This document shows positions 57,105 through 64,000 of a DNA stretch of 64,000 nt, piece after piece (within the stretch, counting starts at the first letter, position 1; each line of letters opens with the position of its first letter). Origin of the DNA: Candidatus Segetimicrobium genomatis (GTDB lineage: Bacteria > Sysuimicrobiota > Sysuimicrobiia > Sysuimicrobiales > Segetimicrobiaceae). The notes below the pieces were generated by a model, which was given only the letters and a program-made list of their open reading frames with translations, was not told where the DNA came from and did no database searches. The position numbers and the translations under genes are program-made. The DNA lies in contig VBAK01000137.1 of the NCBI GenBank assembly GCA_005882275.1, positions 5,363-69,362 of the forward strand. Direction: 5' to 3'.

Positions 57105-58085
57105 GTGTCCTGGTCTCACGAACTGTGGCGGGCGATCGAGGGGACGGTCCTGATCTTCTCCGGAGTCGCCGTCCTCGCGGCGATGTTCGGCGTCCTCCTG
57201 GAGCGCAAGATCAGCGGCTGGATGCAGAGCCGGCTCGGCCCCAAGCACGTCGGTCCCCAGGGGCTGCTCCAGACCATCGCCGACACGATCAAGCTCCTCC
57301 AGAAGGAGAACATCGTCCCGCGAAACGCCGACGCCACGATCTTCGCCTCGGCGGTGCTCGTCGTGCCGCTGGCCGCGCTGCTCGATTACGTCGTGATCCC
57401 CTTCGGGACGACCCGCTTTGGGCCGCTGATCTTCCGCGATCTCAACATCGGCGTGCTCTACTTTGCCGCGACCTCGTCCCTCGTCGTCGTCGGGATCCTG
57501 ATGGCCGGATGGGGGTCGAACAACAAGTACGCCCTGGTCGGCGGGCTGCGCTCCGCCTCGCAGATGGTCAGTTACGAGATCCCGATGGGGCTGGCCCTGA
57601 TCACGGTCGCCCTGCTGGCCGGCTCGCTGTCGACGGTCAAGATCGTCGCCGCCCAGGCGCGCTGGTGGTACGCGGTGGAGCAGCCGCTGGCCTTCCTGAT
57701 CTTCCTCACCGCCGCCGTGGCCGAAGTGAACCGGGTGCCGTTCGACCTCGTCGAGGCCGAAAGCGAGCTGGTGGCCGGCTACTTCTCGGAGTACACCGGG
57801 ATGCGGTTCGCCCTCTTTCAGCTCGGGGAGTACGGCGAGATGTTCGCGATGGCGGCGATGGCGGTCACCCTGTTCCTCGGGGGGTGGCGGGGACCGGTGC
57901 TGCCGCCGGTGCTCTGGTTCGTCATCAAGCTCTACGCGCTGATCTTCGTCTTCATCTGGGTCCGCTGGACCTATCCCCGGTTCCGCATCGATCAGCTGCT
58001 CAACTTCGCGTGGAAGGTGCTGATCCCGGTGGGACTCGCGAACCTCGTGGCGACGGCGTTCTTCGTCATGGTGGTCCGGCGATGA
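57105..58085 (+). CDS. nuoH: NADH-quinone oxidoreductase subunit H
   Basis: ERKISGWMQSRLGP, ADTIKLLQKE, SNNKY, QMVSYE, RVPFDLVEAESELVAGY, YPRFRIDQ. Confidence 0.96.
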   Translation: MSWSHELWRAIEGTVLIFSGVAVLAAMFGVLLERKISGWMQSRLGPKHVGPQGLLQTIADTIKLLQKENIVPRNADATIFASAVLVVPLAALLDYVVIPFGTTRFGPLIFRDLNIGVLYFAATSSLVVVGILMAGWGSNNKYALVGGLRSASQMVSYEIPMGLALITVALLAGSLSTVKIVAAQARWWYAVEQPLAFLIFLTAAVAEVNRVPFDLVEAESELVAGYFSEYTGMRFALFQLGEYGEMFAMAAMAVTLFLGGWRGPVLPPVLWFVIKLYALIFVFIWVRWTYPRFRIDQLLNFAWKVLIPVGLANLVATAFFVMVVRR

Positions 58086-58576
58086 CCGGGGAGGCCATCG
58101 CCTTTTACGCCCTGGCCGCGGTCATCCTGGTCTCCGGTCTCGTCGTGGTCAGCAGCCCCAACATCGTCCACAGCGCGGTGGCGCTGGTCCCGGCGTTCCT
58201 CGGGATCACCGGGATCTACATCCTCCTCGGCGCGGAGTTCGTGGCCGGGATCCAGGTGCTGATCTACGCCGGCGCGATCACCGTCCTCCTCCTGTTCGTG
58301 ATCATGCTCACCGAGGGCGGCACCGGGCTCAGGCTGCAGCAGCGGAACGAGCAGGGGCCGGTCGGCGCGTCCGTGGCGGTCGCCATCGCCGTGCTGCTGA
58401 TCGCCGGGGTCACGCACACCACCTGGGGCCGGGGGGCGGGGACGCTGCCGGCCTACACGCCCGGCGCCATCGGCCAGAGCTTTCTCGGCACGAACCTCCT
58501 GGCATTCGAGGGAACCTCGATCGTCCTCCTGGTGTCCCTGATCGGCGCGGTCATCATCGCCCGGAAAGAGGAGTAG
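58082..58576 (+). CDS. nuoJ: NADH-quinone oxidoreductase subunit J
   Basis: NIVHSA, AEFVAGIQVLIYAGAITVLLLFVIML, FE. Confidence 0.95.
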   Translation: MTGEAIAFYALAAVILVSGLVVVSSPNIVHSAVALVPAFLGITGIYILLGAEFVAGIQVLIYAGAITVLLLFVIMLTEGGTGLRLQQRNEQGPVGASVAVAIAVLLIAGVTHTTWGRGAGTLPAYTPGAIGQSFLGTNLLAFEGTSIVLLVSLIGAVIIARKEE

Positions 58577-58578
58577 GG

Positions 58579-58887
58579 ATGGTCCCCCTGGCCGACTACC
58601 TCGTGCTGAGCGCCGTCGTGTTTGCGCTGGGCCTGTACGCCGTCCTCACCCGCCGCAACGGCGTGGCGATCCTCATGGGGATCGAACTGATGCTGAACGC
58701 CGCCAACATCAACCTGGTCGCCTTCAATAAATACGCGGCCCCGGGGGCGGTGCAGGGTCAGATCTTCGCCCTGATCGTCATCACGCTCGCCGCCTGCGAG
58801 GCGGCGGTGGGCCTGGCCCTGGTCCTGGCCGCCTACCGGAGCCTGGAGACGATCCACGTGGACGAGATCAATGTGATGAGATGGTAG
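58579..58887 (+). CDS. nuoK: NADH-quinone oxidoreductase subunit K
   Basis: RRN, MGIELMLNA, GQIF, AACEAAVGLAL. Confidence 0.96.
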   Translation: MVPLADYLVLSAVVFALGLYAVLTRRNGVAILMGIELMLNAANINLVAFNKYAAPGAVQGQIFALIVITLAACEAAVGLALVLAAYRSLETIHVDEINVMRW

Positions 58888-58897
58888 CCCTCTCCCC

Positions 58898-60769
58898 GTG
58901 ACCCCATACGCCTGGCTCATCCCCCTGCTGCCGCTGCTCGCCTTTGTCCTGGTGATCTGGCGGGGCGACCGGCTGCCCGGGCGCGGGGCCACCATCAGCA
59001 TCGCGGGCATCGCCCTGGCCGGGCTCTGCGGGCTGGCGCTGCTCGGGGAGACGGCGGCCGGGCGGCGCGCCGACCTGACCTATCAGTGGGTCGTGCTCGG
59101 CGGCCGGCCCCTCACCGTCGGCTTCGTCGTCGATCCCCTCAGCGCCGTGATGACGGCGATGGTGGGCGTCGTCGCCTCGCTGATCACCATCTACTCCGTC
59201 GGGTACATGGAGGGGGATCCCCGCTTCTCGCGCTTCTTCGCCTACCTGTCCCTGTTCCAGTTCTCGATGCTCTTCCTGGTCCTGGCCGATAACTTCCTCT
59301 TCATCTACGCGGGATGGGAGCTGGTGGGCCTGTGCTCCTACCTGCTGATCGGGTTCTGGTTCGAGCGCCCGGCGGCGGCGCGCGCGGCGCTCAAGGCGTT
59401 CGTGACGACGCGGGTGGGCGACTTCTCGATGATGATCGGCATCCTGATCCTGTTCCTGCACACCGGGACGCTGAGTTTCACCGGGGTCTTCCACGGGATC
59501 GCCGCCGGCCGCATCGGCGGCCCGCTGCTGACCCTGGCCGCCGTTCTCGTCTTCGGCGGGGCGGTGGGCAAGTCGGCCCAGATTCCCCTCCACGTCTGGC
59601 TGCCCGACGCGATGGAGGGCCCGACCCCGGTGAGCGCCCTGATCCACGCGGCCACGATGGTGGCCGCCGGCGTGTACCTCGTCGCGCGGACCTACCCGCT
59701 GTTCCTCCAGTCTCCCGGACACCAGGCGCTGACGGTCGTCGCGTACATCGGCGGGATCACAGCCCTCTTCGCGGCGACGATGGGGGTGGTGGAGAACGAC
59801 ATCAAGCGGGTGCTGGCCTACTCGACGGTCAGCCAGCTGGGCTACATGTTCTTGGGACTGGGCGTGCTCAGCTACTCCGCCGGCATGTTCCACCTGATCA
59901 CGCACGCGTTCTTCAAAGCGCTCCTCTTTCTCGGGGCCGGCAGCGTGATCCACGCCGTCGCCACCAACAACATGAAGGAGATGGGCGGGCTGGCCCGGGC
60001 GATGCCGGTGACGTTCTGGACCTTCCTGGTGGCCACGCTGGCCCTCACCGGGATCCCGCCGTTCTCGGGCTTCTTCAGCAAGGACGCGATCCTGCTGGCG
60101 GCCTACGCTCATGACAAAACCCTGTGGCTGCTCGGCGCCGCCGGCGCGTTCGTCACGGCGTTCTACATGGGGCGGCTCACCTGGTACACGTTTGCCGGGT
60201 CCTACCGGGGCGGGTCGCCTGCGGCGTCGCAGGGCGCGCACGGCGGGGCCCACGGCGGCGGGCATCCGCACGAGAGCCCGCGGGTGATGACCGTTCCGCT
60301 CGTGATCCTCGCCGCCGGCGCGGCCGGCCTGGGCTTTTTGGAGTCTCCGTTCGATCGCTACGTCCGCTTCCCCGGGGTGGAGGCCCCCGCGTCCAGCGCG
60401 CCGCTGCTTGTCGTGTCGGTCCTCGTCGCGCTGGCGGGCTGGGCGGCCGCGGGCGCGATCTACTACTGGCGGATACTCCCGTCCGCTGTCCTCCGCCGGT
60501 ACCTCCGCGCGCCTTACACCCTGCTCGTTCACAAGTACTACGTCGACGATCTCTACGGTTGGGTGTTCCTCAGGGCCGGCGGGCTGGTGGTCCTGCTTGC
60601 CGGCGCCTTCGACCGGTACGTCGTGGACGGCATCGTCAACGCCGTCGGGTGGCTGACCGGCCGGCTGGGGTGGGCCCTCCGGTTCCTGCAGACCGGCCGC
60701 GAGGAAAATTATCTCCTGCTCATCTTCCTCGGCCTGGTGGTCATCGTGGTGGTGAGGCTGGTGCGGTGA
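58898..60769 (+). CDS. nuoL: NADH-quinone oxidoreductase subunit L
   Basis: GWELVGLCSYLLIGFW, GKSAQIPLHVWLPDAMEGPTPVSALIHAATMV, THAFFKALLFL. Confidence 0.96.
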   Translation: MTPYAWLIPLLPLLAFVLVIWRGDRLPGRGATISIAGIALAGLCGLALLGETAAGRRADLTYQWVVLGGRPLTVGFVVDPLSAVMTAMVGVVASLITIYSVGYMEGDPRFSRFFAYLSLFQFSMLFLVLADNFLFIYAGWELVGLCSYLLIGFWFERPAAARAALKAFVTTRVGDFSMMIGILILFLHTGTLSFTGVFHGIAAGRIGGPLLTLAAVLVFGGAVGKSAQIPLHVWLPDAMEGPTPVSALIHAATMVAAGVYLVARTYPLFLQSPGHQALTVVAYIGGITALFAATMGVVENDIKRVLAYSTVSQLGYMFLGLGVLSYSAGMFHLITHAFFKALLFLGAGSVIHAVATNNMKEMGGLARAMPVTFWTFLVATLALTGIPPFSGFFSKDAILLAAYAHDKTLWLLGAAGAFVTAFYMGRLTWYTFAGSYRGGSPAASQGAHGGAHGGGHPHESPRVMTVPLVILAAGAAGLGFLESPFDRYVRFPGVEAPASSAPLLVVSVLVALAGWAAAGAIYYWRILPSAVLRRYLRAPYTLLVHKYYVDDLYGWVFLRAGGLVVLLAGAFDRYVVDGIVNAVGWLTGRLGWALRFLQTGREENYLLLIFLGLVVIVVVRLVR

Positions 60770-62274
60770 GCGTGGTGCTCAGCCTGATCCTCTGGGTGCC
60801 GGTGGCCGGCGCCGCGGCGCTCTTGTTTGTGAGCCCGGACCGGGTGGGGATGATCCGGCGCGTGGCGCTGGCCGCCTCGCTGCTGGCGTTCGCGGCCTCC
60901 CTGGCCGCCGGGCTGGCGTTCGACCGCGCCCACGCCGGGGTGATGCAGTTCGTGGAGGTGCGGCCCTGGATCCCCTCGATCGGCGTCACCTACCATCTCG
61001 GCGCGGACGGGTTGAGCCTGCCGCTGGTCATCCTGACGACGCTGCTGACGGTCCTGTGCGTCATTTACTCCTGGCGTGTGGACGTGCGTCCCAGGGACTA
61101 CATGATGCTCTTCCTCCTCCTCGAGACCGGCATGGTCGGGGTCTTCCTGGCGCTCGACTTCTTCCTTTTCTACGTGTTCTGGGAGATCAGCCTGATCCCG
61201 ATGTACTTCATCATCGCCATCTGGGGGGGGCCGCGCCGGGCCTACGCCGCGATCAAGTTCTTCCTGTACACGCTCGTGGGGTCGCTCGCGATGCTGCTGG
61301 CGATCCTGATCGTGTACTTCCACTCGTCGCCCCCGACCTTCGACATCCTCGCGCTGATCCGGCAGCAGCCGCTGGGCCGCGACCTGCCGCTGGCGATCCT
61401 GGCGTTCTGGGGATTCTTCCTCGGCTTTGCGATCAAGGTGCCGATGTTCCCGTTCCACACCTGGCTGCCGGACGCGCACGTCGAGGCGCCGACGGCCGGG
61501 AGCGTTCTGCTGGCGGCGGTGCTCCTGAAGCTGGGCACCTACGGGTTCGTCCGCATCGCCCTGCCGCTGCTCCCGCAGGCCTTCGCCCATCTCGCCACCT
61601 TCGTCGCCGTCCTCGCGGTGATCGCGGCGGTCTACGGCGCGCTCGTCGCGATGGCCCAGACCGATCTCAAGAAGCTCGTCGCCTACTCGAGCGTCAACCA
61701 CATGGGCTACGTCATGCTGGGGATCGCCGCGGCGGCGGCGGCGGCCGGGCGCAGGGACCTGGCGGCGGCGGCCACGACCGCGCTCAACGGGGCGACGCTG
61801 CAGATGCTCGCCCACGGGGTCATCACCGGCGCCCTGTTCTTCCTGGTCGGCGTGATCTACGATTACCGGGCGCACACGCGGGGGGTCGATGACTTCGGCG
61901 GGCTCGGGCTCCGGCTGCCGGTCTACACGGGCCTGACGATGCTGGCGATGCTCGGCTCCCTGGGTCTGCCGGGCCTGATGGGGTTCGTGGCCGAGTTTCT
62001 GATCTTCCTGGGATCCTTCCAGATCTACCCGACGCTGACCGTCGTGGCCCTGGTCGGCGTGGTGATCACCGTCGCCTACTTCCTGTGGGCGATCCAGCGG
62101 ATCTTCTTCGGGCCGCTCAACGCGCGCTGGGCCGCCCTGCCGGATCTCGACCTCCGCGAGGAGTGGGCGCTCGTCCCTCTGGCGGCGCTGATGGTGCTCG
62201 TCGGCGTCTATCCGCGGCCGCTCGTCGATACGATCAACAAGGCGATGGTCGCCATCCTGGGAATGGTGCGATGA
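60766..62274 (+). CDS. nuoM: NADH-quinone oxidoreductase subunit M
   Basis: GADGLS, FYVFWE, IKVPMFPFHTWLPDAHVEAP, LLKLG, AYSSVNHMG, GFVAEF. Confidence 0.96.
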   Translation: MSVVLSLILWVPVAGAAALLFVSPDRVGMIRRVALAASLLAFAASLAAGLAFDRAHAGVMQFVEVRPWIPSIGVTYHLGADGLSLPLVILTTLLTVLCVIYSWRVDVRPRDYMMLFLLLETGMVGVFLALDFFLFYVFWEISLIPMYFIIAIWGGPRRAYAAIKFFLYTLVGSLAMLLAILIVYFHSSPPTFDILALIRQQPLGRDLPLAILAFWGFFLGFAIKVPMFPFHTWLPDAHVEAPTAGSVLLAAVLLKLGTYGFVRIALPLLPQAFAHLATFVAVLAVIAAVYGALVAMAQTDLKKLVAYSSVNHMGYVMLGIAAAAAAAGRRDLAAAATTALNGATLQMLAHGVITGALFFLVGVIYDYRAHTRGVDDFGGLGLRLPVYTGLTMLAMLGSLGLPGLMGFVAEFLIFLGSFQIYPTLTVVALVGVVITVAYFLWAIQRIFFGPLNARWAALPDLDLREEWALVPLAALMVLVGVYPRPLVDTINKAMVAILGMVR

Positions 62275-63719
62275 CGGCCAACCTCGGCGCGATCACGCCG
62301 GAGCTGCTCATCGCCGCGCTCGGCGTCGTGCTCCTGGTCGTCGACCTCGTGACCGCGCCCAGCCAGAAGCGCCTCGCCGGCTGGATCGGGGTGGGGGGCC
62401 TGCTGGTCGCGCTCGTGCCCACCGCCGAGCTGCTGGGGGGGCCGCCGCACTTTGCGTTCGCCGAGACCTACGCGATCGACGCGTTCGCCGCGTTCTTCAA
62501 GGGGATCGCGATTCTGAGCGGCGTGCTCGTGCTGCTCGCGGCCATGGAGTTTTTCCAGGGCCGGAAGACGCGCTACGAGGGGGAGATCTACAGCCTGATC
62601 GTCTTCATGGTCCTCGGGCTGGCGATGATGGCGGCCGCCGCGGACCTCATCCTGCTCTTCCTGGCGATCGAGTTCGTCTCCCTCATCTCCTACGTGCTGG
62701 CCGGAGCGCTGAAGGGCGACCCGAAGAGCAACGAGGCCGGCATCAAGTACTTCTTCTTCGGGGCGGCGGCATCCGCGGCGATGCTGTACGGGTTTTCGTT
62801 CCTGTACGGCGCCGCGGGCACCACGAACATCTACCGCCTGATGCAGCACACGGCCTTCCTCAACTCCGGGTTCCTGGGGCTCGCGGTGATGCTCGTCCTC
62901 GCCGGACTCGGGTTCAAGATCTCCATCGTCCCGTTCCACCAGTGGACGCCGGACGTCTACGAGGGGGCGCCGACGCCGATCACCGCGTTCCTCTCGGTCG
63001 GCAGCAAGGCGGCGGCGTTCGCGGCCCTCCTTCGCGTGTTTTCCGTGGCCCTGCCCACCTATGGGTGGGTGACGATCCTGGCGGGGCTGGCGGCGGTGAC
63101 GATGACCCTGGGGAACCTCGTGGCGCTCTCCCAGCAGAACATCAAGCGGATGCTGGCGTACAGTTCCATCGCCCACGCCGGCTACATGCTCATCGGCGTC
63201 GTGGCGCAGGGGTCCAACCCGGCGGGTCCCTGGTCGGGACAGGGCGCCGTGCTCTTCTACCTGTTCGCGTACACCTTCACCAACATGGGGGCCTTTGCCG
63301 TGGCGATCGGCGTTGAGCGGGCGCTGGGCTCGGATGCGATCCCCGACTACGCGGGACTGTCCAGCCGCGCCCCGTTCTCGGCGTTCGCGATGGCGGTGTT
63401 CATGCTGTCGCTGACCGGCATTCCTCCCACCGCATTGTTCTTCGGCAAGTTTTTCCTGTTCGCCGCGGCGATCAACACCGGATTCCTCTGGCTCGCCGTC
63501 GTGGGGATCCTTAACAGCGTGGTCTCCCTGTTCTACTACGCCGGCGTGATCCGGGCGATGTACCAGATGCCGGCGCCCGACGGCGCGCCGGCGCTTCCGG
63601 AGACCTCCCTGGTCCGCACGCTGCTCACGGTCACCGTGGCCGTCACGGTGTTCATCGTGTTCTTCCTCGAGCGCGTGATCAGCGTGGTGACCGGCGCGGC
63701 GACCCTCGGCAGATACTGA
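62271..63719 (+). CDS. nuoN: NADH-quinone oxidoreductase subunit N
   Basis: EAGIKYF, FKISIVPFHQWTPDVYEGAP, KRMLAYSSIAHAGY, GIPP..FFGK. Confidence 0.96.
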   Translation: MTANLGAITPELLIAALGVVLLVVDLVTAPSQKRLAGWIGVGGLLVALVPTAELLGGPPHFAFAETYAIDAFAAFFKGIAILSGVLVLLAAMEFFQGRKTRYEGEIYSLIVFMVLGLAMMAAAADLILLFLAIEFVSLISYVLAGALKGDPKSNEAGIKYFFFGAAASAAMLYGFSFLYGAAGTTNIYRLMQHTAFLNSGFLGLAVMLVLAGLGFKISIVPFHQWTPDVYEGAPTPITAFLSVGSKAAAFAALLRVFSVALPTYGWVTILAGLAAVTMTLGNLVALSQQNIKRMLAYSSIAHAGYMLIGVVAQGSNPAGPWSGQGAVLFYLFAYTFTNMGAFAVAIGVERALGSDAIPDYAGLSSRAPFSAFAMAVFMLSLTGIPPTALFFGKFFLFAAAINTGFLWLAVVGILNSVVSLFYYAGVIRAMYQMPAPDGAPALPETSLVRTLLTVTVAVTVFIVFFLERVISVVTGAATLGRY

Positions 63720-63807
63720 CCGGCCGGAGCGCGCCGCGGCCTGGAAAGCGTTCGATCCGGCGCCCAGGGGCGACTGCGAACGAGAGCGCTCCCGCCGGAG
63801 CGAGCCC

Positions 63808-63837
63808 TTGACAGTCATTTTCGTCCTTTGCTACCAT
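63808..63837 (+). promoter_or_regulatory. Sigma70 promoter for the next operon
   Basis: TTGACA(63808-63813)-N18-TACCAT with extended TG. Confidence 0.7.
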
Positions 63838-63928
63838 GAGGCGAGTTTGCGGCCCGATCGTCCGCGGGCGGCGGCAGACTGAACAGATCGGGATCGCGGG
63901 CGATATTTTTTTGCCCACGGGAGCGTTC

Positions 63929-64000
63929 ATGGCTCACCCCGAACCCTCGAAGGCTCCATCCGGCGACGAAATTCTGCGAAAGATCGCTCAAAAAGAACGG
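63929..64000 (+). CDS. 5' end of a CDS running off the right window edge (MAHPEPSKAPSGDEILRKIAQKER...)
   Basis: GGGAG SD, ATG 63929, open to the window end; too short to identify. Confidence 0.55.
   Translation, partial: MAHPEPSKAPSGDEILRKIAQKER

Noticed and set aside
63929-64000. V/A-type ATPase subunit G/H call for the terminal partial CDS
   Set aside because: Only 24 residues are visible; the resemblance is insufficient.

Overview
High-GC (roughly 70% by eye) bacterial chromosomal window, mostly housekeeping. The T-box riboswitch, YerC, rapZ-yvcK and canonical TTGACA/TGnTAnnnT promoters suggest a Terrabacteria lineage (Armatimonadota/CSP1-3-like; inference only). In order: a heterodimeric ABC exporter pair; a divergent LacI-controlled cluster (creatininase-family hydrolase, two paralogous FAD oxidoreductases, DegT aminotransferase); dadA; an isolated DNA-mobilisation-like module (ssb, a structured 380-bp spacer, a Replic_Relax/MOBC-like relaxase and a VirD4 coupling protein) with no integrase or T4SS nearby; tatD, M48 peptidase, comB, GT2, tRNA-Arg(CCG) and a trypsin-like protein lacking its catalytic Ser; a Leu T-box controlling ilvBNC-leuA-cimA-leuB; yerC (HisR-like) with a candidate operator over the hisZ RBS; hisZGDBHAF(IE) with a divergent HisD; S9 peptidase, pduO and a Clp-fold protease; a TCA cluster (fumarase/aspartase, mycobacterial Sdh1-like succinate dehydrogenase, icd, mdh, sucCD); yvlD-rapZ-yvcK; and a complex I operon with only the membrane-arm genes nuoA-H-J-K-L-M-N. 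The best candidates for something undescribed are the ssb-relaxase-T4CP module and the membrane-arm-only nuo operon. All family assignments come from motif recognition by eye; no searches were run.
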